Notes: a model not told the origin generated them from the letters alone. A DNA stretch of 64,000 nucleotides from Camelus dromedarius (GCF_036321535.1 NC_087436.1:78494001-78558000); one strand, 5' to 3'; positions 24,551-39,499 are shown, counted from the stretch's first letter. A program made the numbers and translations.

Positions 24551-25329
24551 GTTAAGATTTTTTACATGTCTAAATACATTTTGGCACTGTTGGTGTAATT
24601 AAAAAAGAGGCAATAAATTAGAAGCATCAAGTAAGAAGACCTACCACTGAAGCGTTACAGGGTGCCAGAATGCATGCTCAGCGTTTTAAAAGCCTTTTCT
24701 CATAAAACCAATGGCTTAAGTATTATCGCTGTTCCCACTTTACAGATGAGAAAAATATAACTTAGAAAAGTCAACAGTTAATAATCAGTCTAGTTTCTTC
24801 AAAGAAGCCCCAGGTCTCAGGACTGCACCATGCTTTCTCTCAAAGGAGAAAGACATCGTCCCCTCTGGGGAACCCCAAGGGTCAGTAAAATGAAATGCTC
24901 TTAACACGATGACAACAAAGAAGAAAGGAAGTGGGCCTGTCACCTGGGCAGAACAGAAACATAATAATAAACCATCAAGAAGCTTTTCAGGGACCACTAA
25001 TGCCAACAGATCATCAAGTCTGAACTGATGGAGCAGCAAATGTAATGACTGCAGCAAGAAAATTCCAATTTAAAACATGGACGAATCTCAAAAGTACAGA
25101 GGTCTTTGCTACTATTCTTATTAGAAGAGGAATTAACCTATAAAGACAAATATTTGCAAGGAGTAAAAATATAAATACTATCTTCCCACACTTTTTCTTG
25201 TCTTATTTACCAGAATGCTTGTATTCTTAGCTCACATTCTTTTACAAGCAAAGTGTCTCAAAGTTTTAGGAATAGAGAGTGTAATATTAAATAAGTAGAC
25301 CCAGGTCCAGAACATGAAGAAGAAATGGT

Positions 25330-27760
25330 AAACAACCTAATTAATTCCAGAAATGCAAATTTAGCCCTAATATCAAAACCTTACAAAGATAGTACAAAAA
25401 CATTTTTAAGGAAAAGAGGAAAGGAACAGGAGGGAAGAAAGGGAAGAAGAAAAGAGAGTTTAGAAATTTTTCACGTAAGAATCTAAGAGTGAAATTACAA
25501 ATAAAGTATTAGCAAATATAATTCAATAAAATATCATCTAAGGTAACCAAATTAAACAAGGAAAGTAAGAATGGCTCAGGGGTGAGAAATTTATTAATAA
25601 AATATGCTATAACACAAAGCCAAACAAGAAAATCCATTAGATAATTCTCCATTTAATCATTTGCCCCAACTTCTCATCTTTTTTTTTATTCTGATATATG
25701 AATACTCGGAAGTTACTGGAATCTTTTTTTGAATAAGGAAGTATATCAATTTATACAAAGGATCAAATATACATTCATTTGATGTATATTTATATCATTT
25801 TTATATAATATCATTATATCAGCAGGTAAAATTCCCCAGATGCCAAAAAGGTATTTGATGAAATTAAACTCCATTCCTGATTTTGTGAATAGCCTTAAAG
25901 TAGGACAAAGAAGAGGAAAATCTGTGAAATTAAACAGACCCAGGGTCAAATAACACCACTATTAACTTCATGTACACATAACACAGTGCCTGAGACATGA
26001 TATGCACCAAATAAATAGGAGCTATTTTTTATATCAAACCAACAACCAGTCTCACACTTAAAGAAATTCTATAGGCATAATATTAAAATTAAGATGAAAC
26101 AATGACATTTTCTATTACTTATATTTCATACTATATACATGAAAAAAATAAGTTATGAATGCTGCAAAGGAAACAATAAGAATAATTATTATTTGATATC
26201 CAAATAGAGAATTCTAGAAACTAGTAGAACTAAGAAAAGAGTTTAGAAAAATGGCCAGATATAATATAAACACTTCTTTAAATCAGCAGTATTCCTATAT
26301 AGTAGTCCAGTTAGATAGTTCTACTTAGTTAAAAATATATTTTATTTACTATAAAAATAACAAAAATTTTAAAGGGAAAATTTCCATGAGAAATATGCAT
26401 ATCATGAAAAAAGACACATCTTTATTTATAAAATAAGATTTAAATAATGAAAATAATATGATAAAAATGTCAAAACTTCCAAAATTTATATTTGTGTTCA
26501 AAATTCCAACAGGATTGTGGAAGAGATGTCAAATATTCTAAAATTCATCTGAAAGAGTTAAGCAGGTAAGAATACCAAATAAAAATGTATAAAAGAGATG
26601 TTATTAGTAAGTTACTGAGCTTGATACATGTGAGCTCTCAATAAATATGTCCTGAATCAACTGCAGAATTAAGGTAGTTAAAGTCATGTAATATATAAGT
26701 AAATAAATTAAAGGCATACATGCCTAGATTCAAATAAATAACTCAGAATTAGACCTTGTCTAATTTGGGTACCAATTTGGGGTATCTAAAAAACTTAAAG
26801 TATGATATTGGAGCCATCATAAACCATCAGAGAGGAGAAGAATTATTTAATAAATGATGTTGAGAGAAATGAGATAAAAATTTGAAAAACAAACCAATAG
26901 AGAACTGCCTTTCTTGCCATAACTAAAATAAACTCCAGATGGATCAAAAAGTTACATAGTTAAACTCACAGCACCGAAAATCTATAAAACCTCTAGAGGG
27001 AGAAGGAATTACCAAGCTCAAAAGTAATAGGAGAAACAAAAGATCAATAGCCTTACTACCTAAAACTTGGAAACTTCTCCAAGTTTAAAAAAAAAATCAA
27101 AATTAAAAGATATAAACTGAAAACAATTTAGCTTATATAGTAGACAAATTATTATTTCTGTTACAACTTACAGTGTTCATAATATACACCAAGGGGAATC
27201 CTGTGATTGTCATAACTTAATAAAATAGACAATCCACAAAAGAAAATACAACTAATAAACAAACATGGAGAAATGTTCCAACAGAAATTAAAGAAATACA
27301 AAATAAAATCATAGGAAAGATTCATTAGAGTATTATTTATAGCAAAAATTGGAAGAAAAATCTTAAATATCCAATAATAGAGAAAAATCTAAGTAAATTA
27401 CTTAGGTAAATAAACCTACTGAATGGAATAATAAGTAGGTATTTCAAATGATAGATAAAACTGTTAAACACGTTATCTCCGGGAAGAGAAATTATAAAGA
27501 ATTTTCATTCTGAACTTAATTTTCTAAAGGTTTGAATTTGTTATTTCTTCCCTGTTATAATGAGAAAAAAAGATAGGATAATACTTCCATTCTGAAAAAA
27601 AAAATAGTTGAAATGATGGTTGCAAAGATTATAATAATAACCTGGAAACAGTCTCATTATCCTTGGGGGAAAAAAAGATCTGGAATAAAATACGCATAAA
27701 TGCTAATAGTGGATATGTTTATTTATGAGAATATGGATGATTTTTTGCCTGTTCTCCAAA
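25330..27760 (+). mobile_element. Very degraded L1 (L1M5/L1ME-like) ORF2 to 3'UTR fragments
   Basis: aaaaggtatttgatgaaatt..attctaaaattcatctg..attatttaataaatgatgttg..aaaataaactccagatggatcaaa. Confidence 0.7.
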
Positions 27761-28499
27761 TTACTGAATTCAACAATCACTTATTGAGATCCTAAGTTAA
27801 AGGCCCTGAACTAGGACAAAGACATATTAGGCACTGCCATGTTGTTTATTAATGCACATGAGTTATTTTCATAATATTCAGGACAGTCATTTTCTCCCTG
27901 CAAAAGAGTCCTCAGGGAAAACACTATGATGCATCACTAAACAATCCACTCAGAGTTTATTATTGCACAAGTGTTTGTGGTGTAAAATTATAATATCCAT
28001 CTTCAAACACGTACAAGAAAATATTAATATGATTAATAATTTTGGTTTACAATAACAACTTCCAAAATTCCAAACAGCAACCACTCTATCAAACACAAGA
28101 AAAGAGAGACGGAAATTTCTTTTCTGATTCTCAGATCCCTGAGAAGATTATTTAAATACCTGCTTCAGGCACAAAAATTGAGAGTGAACATTTTATAATG
28201 CTGAGTAGCTGCATTTAGTAAATATTTCCTACTGACTTCAAAAGTGAGTTTGAACATGTTCAGAAATTTCAATAGAATATGGACTAGATTAATGTCTGTC
28301 CAATTCAGAGGCATTTTCTTCTGTTATCTTTCATAATGTCCATTTATTTGTTAAATGAGCTAATGCATAGAAAGCACTTAAAATAGTGCCCAGCATATAG
28401 TAGGTACTTCACAAAAGTTAAATATTATCTTTAACAATTTAACAAATTTTTTGAGCAACTACTATGTGCCTGGCTGATACTAACCATAATTAAATAAAG

Positions 28500-28715
28500 C
28501 ACAGATACATCATTGAAGAACAGCTCTGAAGTACAGGGATGCTTTTCCCATCAGCATCTTCCTTGGGCCCACATCAGATCTCCCTGATCAATTACACAAT
28601 GAGGACAGAATGTCCACTGTGGGGCAGAATGAGAACCAACCAGTCAACCAATCTACTGTTTTAAACAACTGTGTTTTTGGAGTTGTCTGTTTCACAGCAA
28701 AAGCTAATTGATACA
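28500..28715 (+). mobile_element. MLT1-type LTR, 3' portion
   Basis: End ctgttttaaacaactg..ttggagttg..acagcaaaagctaattgataca. Confidence 0.6.
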
Positions 28716-31209
28716 AGACCAAATTGATTTAAGAATATGCATGCAAAAAATAAGCAAAATATCATATCATACCAACCTTTAAAAAATACATTATAAATTA
28801 AATGAATCCAATTATATAATGATGTTATTTTTTTACCTAAATGTTATCATCTTTCAAGTCATATTCTAACCTGGTATTTTCATGCAACAAAAATTGAAGA
28901 TGATCTTGATTCTTATTTTGTGGTTGGCTTTATTCCTTTGATAACTATGTAAGTTTAAAAAGCTAAAGCTTTAAACTGTTCTTAGAAACAATGAACAGTA
29001 CATATCTGTAAATTTTTAAAAATATATGCAGTATATTGTATATATGTATTTGCATAAAATATATTGTATACGTGCAGTCAAATTGTATTAATTTTAACTA
29101 ATAAAACTGAAAACTGTAAAAAAAATTGTAGGTGATCATGTTTGTATATATAGATTTACTCCATCCTTTCTAAAAAATTCACATACAGTATTTCAGTGTA
29201 TGGCTAAATTGGTTTATTTAATTTTCCCCCAATAATGGACTTTAACATTATTTACAATTTTGTGCTATGACAAATAATTCTTATGTTCATCTCCTTGAGG
29301 ACAAAAAAAAAAGAAAGAAAGAAACAAGGGAATAACATCTTTCTTTGGATCTCCTAAAAAGAGTAGGTTCTTGGTGGGGTTAGTAACTGTCCACAATTGG
29401 AGCAAAAAAGGGTAGCCAGGACACAAATACATAAAAGCCATGGTAGTATCAGAGAAGGATGGAAATACTATGGGGAGTTCACTGGATGAAATACAAGAGG
29501 AAATGAGGACAGAGTTGATACTGTGTCTACGTGGACTCTCCTCCCTTTAAATCCCCTGTTGAACTCTTCTAGGACTGTGTCCTCAATGATCCATGCTAAC
29601 AGCTGAGTGACATTTCACAGTAGGGACACAGCATTCTTCAAGAGTCATAGAAGAAAAAAAGTATAAAGAAATCACTTAAAAACAACTACTGGAATTGAGC
29701 AAAGGGTAGCTTTGTTAATGAAAACTACCTCAAATAACACAGAAGAATAAACACATAGTTAGAATCTATTTCCTGGGAGGAAGCAGATCTAGAGTCAAGT
29801 TCAACATCTTAACTACCAATAAATACACAGCTATCACTCTCTTCAAAAAGAAATTTTCTAATAAGGTAAACATAAAAGTCATTAATTGATAAATAAGAAA
29901 ACCAAACATTATGCTAAGCACCACAGGAGGTAGACTTGTGTTTTGACAGGCAATAGGAATAAAATCCCAAACTCTAATCAGGACTATTAAAAATACTTGA
30001 ACAATCTGTGTCAGTTTGGGGATTCCCTTGCTTTATTCCCACACTGCAAGTTGATTGGAGGATGACTACATGTTTTTAACAATAAAATTCTAGATATTGA
30101 ATTGCACTTAAACACGCATTTCTCCAATATGTAATCTAACTAGAGTGGGGTTGGGGAAGGAGTAGAAACAAGGCAGCAATAAGACCATTTCACGAGCAGC
30201 CTGGAAAGTGAGGCAGGCCCAAAGCACCCCAGAGGTCTTCCTAAGCCTCCTTCAGCTACAATAAACAGTCTCTTTCCCAGAAAAGTCAAGGATCCTCTCT
30301 CTTTGATTCCTCAGGCAGATTTCTGAAGCAACAGAAATCTCAGCATTATTCTCCAGCTAATATTATAAATAAAACATTAATGACTATTAACCGTGCCTGA
30401 AAAAAGAATGCTCTGCTAGCGAGCAACCCACATTTTTCTGAGCCAAATTCAGGAGTGTTTACTCTTGAGGAAAATGCTTTATTCCTTTTTCTGAGATTTT
30501 CCTGACTCAGGTAAAACCCCCAAAGGATCTTTAAGGTTGGAAAATACCTTGAATATCATGAACACCACAGTCAAAGATTTGAGCAAAAAAAAGCTTTGTC
30601 TTCAGCTGCCAACCAAAAGAGATTCTTGTATTATTTGGCTTGTGTGTATGCCTTAGCTTCTTTCTGTGTAATATAAAGATGCAGGTGTTTGACGATTTCT
30701 TTAACTAAAGATTATTTCAACACACAAGTCGTAGCATTCTACCAGTTCCTACCCAAACCCAGGCATTCGCTACCAGGCAAAGGATATCCCTTAGGAAATA
30801 TTCATAAATAACCTGCGCAGCTTTCTGTTCATCCAGTAAGTGAAACTATTCTCAGATAATCACGGAGAAATACCAGTGACCACCAGGGACTTGGGCCCAA
30901 TTTACCCAACAATTTGGACCTTGGCACTGACTAGTTCTATCCATTATTGATAAAGGAATTGCTCACTATTAGAGCCCCTCCAGGTGACATTAGCCTTTGC
31001 ACATCAAAAATCATTAGGTGGTGTCAGACAGGGTTGACATGCCTGAAATTACACCGCATGTTTGCCCACTAATAGTATGCAGTGGTCACGCATTTCTTAC
31101 TAGGACTATAAAATGATGAGCAAGCAAAAAGAAGTTACATAAAGTGAGCTCATTTTTGAATCAGCTTCATCAGCCCTCCAAAGAGACAAGATGAAAAATA
31201 TACATTGAG

Positions 31210-31740
31210 TGATGTCAGCCCAAATCCTCTAGGAAGCAGAACTTTCAGTAAGGATTAAAGTGCTGATACTTTATTTGGAAGTTGCAAGCCACCGACCACC
31301 CCATAACAGTCTGCAGAGACACAATGGCTCACTCAGCTGGTGTTCACCTGGCACTTGGGGCTTCTCAGTAACCGACTAAAGAAGTAAGCATCCTGCAGCA
31401 GTCCAGGGCAGGAAAAAAGGAGGAGAGATTATTTGCCCAGTTCACTACTATCTCTAGGACCCCTTGATCAAGGTTTCTCGGAGCCCACCACCCAGCCCCC
31501 TGTACCCACTCAGGAGGATGGATTCTGTGCCCTGAGTGCCCCGATGCAGAAGTAATGGGCTAATTTCATGCAAGCTGGGGCTCAGCAAGTTCATGCCAGA
31601 CGGATCCAGGGCCTCAACTCAGACTCCAGAAAGCAAGGGAACCAGCAGACAGACCAGAATCAGGAGGAAGATGGCTCCTTCAGAAGAAACAGTTGATTCA
31701 AGAACTCGGAGAAGGGATATAAAAACTTACATCCAATACA
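31210..31740 (-). mobile_element. Old ERVL-type LTR
   Basis: aatcctctaggaagcagaact..gatactttatttgg..; locally GC-richer; ends catccaataca. Confidence 0.45.
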
Positions 31741-32184
31741 AATGTCTTTCTATATCTTGGAAATAACTAGCCATTTTATTATATCAAATTCCATTAACAG
31801 CATTAGTAACAAAGACATTTCCCCACATCTGTAAACATACAACAGATTATAAGGAACCTTGTTTTATTCATCTCCTTCACTAACATCTGGTAAGATATTC
31901 ACATATACATAAAATGGACATGTTCATATTACTGAGTGCACATGTTACACTTAATTCCTGGCACACGAAATATATGTCTACCCTTTACTCTTCCACTCAG
32001 GAAAGCATAACTGGAATGCAAATAGATGAAGCTGATGTTATTAAAGAAATTATGTTAAATCCACTCTAGTTTTTTAAGCTAAACCATTTACCAACTTCAG
32101 TACTTTTGAGTTTTAAAAAAATTACTTGTAATTTTCTTCACAACTGATTACTACACTTTGTATGTAGAAAATGCTGATTAAAAA

Positions 32185-33125
32185 ATTCTGTAAAATACTA
32201 CCTCACAACCCTTAGGATGGCTATTATTTTTTAAAAAAATAACAAGTGTTAATGAGGATGTGGAGAAATTAGAACTCTTGTGCTTTGCTGGTAGGAATGT
32301 GAAAATGCTGTGGAAAGTATGGTGGTTCCTCAAAAAATTAAACATAGAATTACCATCTGATCCAGCAATCCCACTTCTAGGTATAAGACTCAAAAGAACT
32401 GGAGGCAGAGACTCAGACAGATATCTGTACACTGATACTCATAACAGCATTATTCCCAGTAGCCAAAAGGTGGAAGCAACCCAACTGTCCATCAAGAGAT
32501 GAATGGATAAACAAAATATGGTATATATACACAATGGAATATTTTTATGTATGTATCATTAATTAGTGCTTTCTTTCCCAGGTTTATTGAAGTATAACTG
32601 ACAGATAAAACTCTATACATTTAAGTGTACAATGTGGTGATTTGAGATATATATATAATGAAAGGATTACCATAATCAAGTTAATTAACACACCCATCAC
32701 CTCGCATAGTTATCTTTTTGTTTTTGTGGTGAAACAATGGAATATTATTCAGCCTTGAAAAGGAAGGAAATGATGGCATATGCTACAACATGAATCAACT
32801 TAAAGACATAATGCTAAGTAAAATGAGCTAGTCACAAAAAAACAAATATGGTCTGATTCCACTTATATGAGTTACCCAGAGTAGTCAAAATCATAGAGAC
32901 AGAAGAAGAATGGTGGTTGTCAGCGGCTAGGGGAAGAGGGAGTTACTGTTAATGGATACAGAATTTCAATTTGGGATGATGAAAAAGTTCTGGAGATGGA
33001 TGTTGATGTTTGCACAACATTGTAAATGTGCTTAATGCCACTGAACCGTATACTTAAAAATGGTTCAAATGGTAAATTTTATGTTATGTATATTTTACCA
33101 TAATAACAAAATTAGCTTAAACTTT
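32185..33125 (+). mobile_element. L1MB-type 3' end
   Basis: ORF text KVWWFLKKLNIELPSDPAIPLLGI (ORF2 C-terminus); TSD aatgctgattaaaaa (32170-32184) / aatgctaattaaaaa (33126-33140). Confidence 0.9.
32544..32733 (-). mobile_element. L1MA-type 3' tip nested in L1MB
   Basis: Perfect 13-bp TSD acaatggaatatt (32531-32543 and 32734-32746). Confidence 0.88.
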
Positions 33126-33299
33126 AATGCTAATTAAAAACTACTCTTGAACATAGGAAATAATCAATTAATACTTACTGATACAAAATACACAAGTGGA
33201 ACACCTGCACTGGTGCCAGTATAATAAATTGCTCAAAATTATACAACTCTGAAAACCCATGTTAGGCCTAATTTTTCCAAAGTGTAAAATAAAAGACAC

Positions 33300-34090
33300 C
33301 TCCCAAAAAATGCCTAGAAGAAATCATTTGCAATGCTCATAGCCATTAAAAAATTAATATATCCCTTAATACGCAAAGGGGTCCTACAAAGTAATAAAGA
33401 GAAAGGCAAACAAACTCATAGAAAAAAATGTGCAAAGAATGTGAAAAAGCAATTCACAAAATAACTATAAATGGTCAGTAAATATTTTTAAATAAGCTCA
33501 ACTTGATCAATAGCCAGGAAAATGTAATCAAAACAATGGGACAGTTTTTTAACTATTGGCTTCACAACATTTTTTAAATTAACTTATTATATATGGGGAT
33601 AAGTGGGAGTGAAAATTAACACAATTTTGTGCAAATAAATTGCTCAGAATCTATTAAAATCTCAGAACATATAAATCCTTTGACACCCTCGATTCTACTT
33701 GTAAAAATGCATCCTAGAAAATACTTGAACATTTGTGAAAGGATTTCTTGCAAGAAAGTTCACTGTAGTCTTGTTTGTAGTCAGAGAAATAGGAAAATAA
33801 TCTCAATGTCCACCAAGAGAAATGGTATTAAACAAACTTTTGGTAAAACCATTCCATGACATATTAAGCACCTGTTAAAAAGAGATAGATCTATATATGC
33901 TAAAAAGGAAAGATATTCAAATGTGTTGCTAACATGCATAAAAATACACAAAGTACAATGCCATTTATATTTAAATAAAAACTACATATGTGTATATATG
34001 CATTGTGTGTGTGTATCTCACAAATATCTTGGAAAACACATATTAAACTAACCACGGGCATCTCTGTGGAATGGAGGCATGTATGTGAGT
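33300..34090 (+). mobile_element. L1ME-like fragment
   Basis: caaacaaactcatagaaaaaaatgtgcaaag..gcaattcacaaa..cctttgacacc..attctactt. Confidence 0.65.
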
Positions 34091-34109
34091 GTAGGAGAGT
34101 GAAACACTT

Positions 34110-35090
34110 GTAGGCCCAATTAGTCAGAAGTCTGTTGACTGCAAGTGGGAGAAACATTAACTAAAAATCACACAGGGCAAGAAGGAAATATTATAAATCT
34201 AGAGCTTCCGGCTTTAGACAAGACTGCATCCGGGAACTCAAACAATGCATCAGGCCTGCCTGATTCTCCTGGTCTTGTCCAACCCTCGTTTTGTTCCTCA
34301 GATAAACCCTTTCCCCAGGGTAGCTGAAGTGTCCCCTGGAAGCCCAGACTCCCATCCACCCAACAGAGCAACCACAGGGAAAGAGGCTGTCTTCTCCTTC
34401 AGTTCCCACAGAAAAGTCCAAAGGCGGACTGATAGCTCCAGCTTGAGACACATGTCAAATTAGTCAGGGTTTGCGTTTAGAGGCAAGTGACGGAAAACCC
34501 AATGAATATTAGCTTCAACACATAAGAGTTGGGGGTTTTCCCCTCACACCACAATAAATCCCCAGAGTCGGCAGCTGCTGGCCTTCATTCACAGCCACAC
34601 AGTTTTCTCCGTCTTCATTGTGGTCCCAAGGTGGCAACCATTGCTCAAGCCAACACATCTCGGGGAAAGGCTGAGAAGAAAGAAGCAGCATCTATGTCAG
34701 GAAAGCAAAGTCTTCCCCAAAACCCTCTGTAGACTTTTTGTTTACTTTTTGCTGGTTGAATAGTGTCACGTGCCCACACCCACTGCAAAGGTATCTGAGA
34801 AATTTTAGCATTATTTAGAAAAATAGCAAAGGAGAGCAATGGAAGCAGGTGTTGAAAGACTGTTGAGTGAACCAACCTAGATTAATATCCTACAAATCCC
34901 TGTTCCTGACTAATCAATCCCTATAGCCAGCCAGACTCAGGTCTTAATTCTCACCCCTGTGTCAGGGGAAAGCAGTGCTCCGTGACCAGCCCCAAGGACC
35001 ACGTGGAATAGAAGTGCCACCTCTTAAACACACTCATCTCACCAAAGAAAGGGTATGGAAAAGCATGCCAGATAGAAAGCATTAGAGTTA
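34110..35090 (-). mobile_element. Two old MLT1-type LTRs, apparently nested (inner copy ~34461-34894)
   Basis: Two LTR-end signatures: agtcagaagtctgttgactgcaagt (34121) and agtcagggtttgcg..gcaagtgacggaaaaccc (34462). Confidence 0.55.
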
Positions 35091-35187
35091 CCACAGTTGA
35101 TTACAATGATCAATAAAGTACACACACATACACATACATGAAGATACAAACACAAATGCACACACAAGCACACATATACAAAACCAC

Positions 35188-35191
<4 letters not shown>

Positions 35192-35220
<29 letters not shown>
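35192..35220. repeat. (AC)n microsatellite with a degenerate upstream extension from ~35119
   Basis: Read directly. Confidence 0.95.
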
Positions 35221-35222
<2 letters not shown>

Positions 35223-35271
35223 TACCAGGCTGGAAAAAGTTGAAAAAAATTGTTTAAAATCCACACTATTG

Positions 35272-35382
35272 GCGGGAGTGGGTATGGCTTAGTGGTAGAG
35301 TGCATGTTAGCATGCGTGAGGTCCTGGGTTCAATCCCCAGTACCTCCATTAAAAATAATAATAAAATAAAATAAAGTAAAAT
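35272..35382 (+). mobile_element. Vic-1-like SINE, short form
   Basis: tggcttagtggtagag..gggttcaatccccagtacctcc, A-tail; TSD core cacactattg (35262-35271 and 35388-35397). Confidence 0.9.
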
Positions 35383-36059
35383 AAACGCACACTATTGACT
35401 GTGTTTATCTTGTGGAGTAGGTATAGAGAACAGGATGACTTTCATTTCTTTCTTTATGTAGCTCCCCCAGATAGTTGAGGAACTGAAAGTGATTCTTCCC
35501 TTTTTTTGGCTTTTTGTGTTGTTGTTTTTCAGTGTCTTTCAATTAACAAATAAAATTTTTAATTATTAATAATAATATGATAACAAACCACATTTTACTA
35601 AAGGAGGAAATGAGACTAATCCAAATTTGTTTTCATTAGGATCCTGGGAATGATTATCATGAGGAAAATATTTATTAGGAAGGGCATCAAAGAAAAAAAA
35701 AACTGGGTAAAGATAGAACCATGAATAATGAAAACTAATCTCTCCCATTTAATTTTCCCTACATCTGTCTAGATGAAATTACACCTACTAAATATTGACT
35801 TTGCTTCTAAGGGCCTGAAGGCATGTGACATATTTTATTTGACATAGATCACTACATTTAACCTTTGGGTAAAGATGGAGCCAGCATATCTCATTCAGTG
35901 ACACAGAAGAAGGTGATGCATAAAGAGAAGAAGTGAGGAATCTGGGCTCGACTGTCACGGGGTAATTGCCTCATGGATCCCCCTGCCACTCACGAGGGGG
36001 CCTGGGTGACTGGATTTGCAGCGGTACTCCACAGCCAGTCTGTCCTCTTACCCAAAGAG

Positions 36060-36447
36060 AAGGGGTTCTTCAACAGGGCACTGTGAACTTGGGTTGGAAA
36101 TAATTACCTTTTTTTCCCCACAAAACTCTAAGTTAGGTTTCCTTCCATTATAATACAGAGCACAAACCACAGTAATATTAGCAACATCTAGGAATCTGCC
36201 ACCAACAGAAATCCCAGCTGTTCTCCTCACATCACATTGTTGCTGACTTTTTGCCATCTCAGTTATTCCCATCACTACTTCAAAATAACAGTGTTCACTA
36301 GACCTGCTATATTGTGATAACTGGATTTCAATACAAATTGTTACATATACATGTAAGCCTATATATTTCATTTTATGCATTCAAAAACATTCTTCTGACT
36401 GCCAGAAAAATCCACGGTACCCCCCAAAAAAACAAAACAAAATAAAA

Positions 36448-36483
<36 letters not shown>

Positions 36484-36502
36484 AACAGATTAAGAGCCTC
36501 TG
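36060..36502 (+). mobile_element. Charlie4a-like hAT element containing (CA)16 at 36449-36480
   Basis: Termini aggggttctt / ttaagagcctctg; internal acaaaccacagtaatattagca, catcactacttcaaaat, ttttatgcattcaaaaacatt. Confidence 0.75.
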
Positions 36503-37019
36503 AATAGAGTATCTCAAGCACTGGGGCTTATGTAAGAGCCTACCCATACCTTCCTAAGGCCTTCCCAGGAAAAGGGAAAACATCCCTGTTCCAGGTCTGC
36601 CCTGAGATAATGACCACAAAATGTCAGACCCATTGTTTGGGGTGTATGTTCGGCTCGCATTGCAACATAACCATAGGACAAATCAAGTCTCAAATTCATA
36701 TTTGTTGCTTTTCTCCTCCCAGGGGTCTCTCAAGAGTACCCTCTACTTTCACTGCCGTGGAAGAGCATGGAAGAACACTGCCTGGGTCACTCACACACGA
36801 AGCAATTGCCATTTCTCCCACACAATCAGGCACTGAAGCAGTACAATAGTTCACAGTCAACATTCCAAGATGCAATCAATAAATCAAGAAGCCATGTAAA
36901 AAGGTTAAAACCCATCAATGTTTCGTCTTCAACTATTGAAACGCTCCCTAGGTAGGGAGCAAATTATGAGTATTTCTTCCACTACATCAACTAGCTGTCA
37001 CTTTTGATGTTTTCCTACG

Positions 37020-37620
37020 AGCACTGAAGCCAAGCAGAACTGGTTTTGAATCCCAGCTCTTCTATGACCTACTGTGAGTGAGTGACCTCTGGCTAATATC
37101 TTACCTAAGCTTTGGATTTTTAACCTGAAACTTCAAAGTGTTGTTCATTCATTTAATCAATCATTTATGCACTTGTCAATCAACAAACGCTTTTTGAGCA
37201 CGTGGTATAAGCTGTCTCTAACACATTCTGAACAGGTAATGCAGAAATGGAAGGAGCTTGGGAAGACCTAATATCAGAATACAAAAATCCAAAATGGTTC
37301 AGAAATAATAGTAAGTTCATCTTCTTGTATCTCAGAACTCAGTGCCAGACAGATGGAGTTTCCCAGAGCACAGGGCAGGTAGGAAGGAAGGGGATTAAGG
37401 ATACTACAGATATGCCTCAAAACCAGGTTAAGATGGTTGCCTGAAAAGGAACATGGGCTGGGCACAATGGAAAGAACATCAGTGGCTGAAACAAAGGTCC
37501 ACTAGGGAAGTTCAGGAGAAGATTGCGAGAGGCATTCAGCACATGGGTGGAGAACAGAAGCTGTAAATCTAGAGTCAAGAAAGATTCAAGAATGACATGA
37601 GAACATTTGTCCAGGCAAAA
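37020..37620. mobile_element. MIR fragment (+, ~37020-37140) followed by L2 (-, ~37145-37620)
   Basis: ggttttgaatcccagctct..gtgacctctgg; ttcattcattt..caacaaacgctttttgagca. Confidence 0.55.
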
Positions 37621-39499
37621 CCAGAGATTATGTTACCTATCCTGGAAGCAGAGACAGGGTTCTGGTTCTGGGGAGAAGGCTTGGCAAGAAAAAGACAAGT
37701 TAACAGGCATCAGAGCTGACAACCAGAGCAGGTCACTGCACACACAGGATGGAGAAGAGAGTGTTGGAGCCCAGTAGGCACTGAAGCATGAAACCCAGGC
37801 TGACAACAAAAGAGAAGCAGGGAATGGGGCAGGGGCCTCCAACAGTACCCACATCTCAGGCTGAGGAAAATGACTAGTGTTAAGCGGAAAGTGAGGGACC
37901 CATCACCATTCATGTCCTGCCTCAGTGAGAACTGGCTCTGAACCTGAGCCAGAATGGGGTGGTTATATAAGCTTTGAGGCACTAGAACAGGTGAAGCAGA
38001 GGAAGTGAATGGTGGGAGGGGGCTGAGTCCACCAAAGGTTCAACTTTAAAATGTGACCAAGAACAGTCGCAGTCAGGCTCTTCCATCACTTTGCAAGTCT
38101 ACCTCCTCCCAGTCAAGGCCATTCCTATCTTGGAAATACCCTAGCACCTAAAGGCCTACTGGGTCAGGAGTCGCCAGGAAAATACATTACTCTGATTACA
38201 GAGTGAAAGATGTCAGAGAAACTCAATGCCAGCGACTAACAGAGATTGCCTAAGAATACATCGTGAAAAATATTAACACATCGGATTCATTCATTTCAAA
38301 AAGCAGTTCATTACTCCAAATTAGCGCTAAAACTCAAAGGAAATACAGTAATTTCTTATATCTATACTCAAGTTTGTAGGATGAAACATCTGTAAACCTG
38401 AATCACAAATATGCACTTAAGACACTCCATCTGCAGCTCTCTCCAAGGACAACCAAAGCCCCTATCATGACAAACCAGCCTTATTTATCACATCAAACTA
38501 TCTCTTAACATTTTTATCATAGTCTTTTTACATAATAGACCCAAGTTGGAGATATCTTTTAAAGTCAGATGGTCTCTATCTTCAAAGAAGGAAATATTTT
38601 TTATTTACAAAAATATGCTTTACTTTGTCATAGGAAAACACCAACTTTAAAATGGTGTGTCACTGTGCTACAAAAGGAGTGGAAAGTCACAGAAATGAAC
38701 ATATTTGTGTCAGGTTTCTGAGATTAGGGTAAGTTTTTAATTTTTTCAAATTTTTCTTTAATGCTGTCATATCATCTTTCCAAAAAAAAAAAAAAAAACA
38801 TTAAAATGCTCTCCTTTCCTTGACTTACTCTTAATTAGAAATTTAAACTGGTCAAGCCTTTGATGAACTATCCCCTGTGTCACTGATATCATAACTTAAA
38901 CCCAAGTGTTATTTGGCCACCTCTGCTGCTGGCTCAGGCTCTCCTTTACAATCTGTCTGTCACTGAGGAGTTGCTCTGACTTTGTGGTTGTTGTCTAAAC
39001 ACTCCTCTAAACCATGTTAAAATAAAAACGTTCTATAAGTTTGAAAGCAAAAGTTCCTGAAGGTTTTATAACCTCTCCCCCCACCCCTTTCCGGGACAAT
39101 TGTACTTGAAGTCACTAAAGTGGTTATGAGGGGCCCCTCTGGGACTGCAGGGGGGGTCTCCACTTGACTATCACATCTGAGAGTCCACAGCAATAACTCT
39201 CATTTTCCTTTAAAAGAACATTTCACCTTATGTTCAGGGAAACAGAAATTTCTGCAGGCCCCAGAGCTTCCTCCTTCTAACATCAAGTTTGGGTTGCTGG
39301 CCAAAAGTGAAAGTCTAAATTCAAGGATCCAACATAAAAATTTCTAATTATTCTTTTAAAAATGAAAACCAATAGAGAACAATTGAATAGGAGCTGATTG
39401 CCCAATCGGTATCTGTACTTGGAATTAGCAGAGTAAAATGACTACAGTTAGTCACTTTCAATGTTTTATATGTTACCAAAGATATTAGGTGATCACATT

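Noticed and set aside
31101..31105. 5-nt minus-strand microexon (cattttatag|TCCTA|gtaaga)
   Set aside because: Short pyrimidine tract, non-triplet length and no other support.
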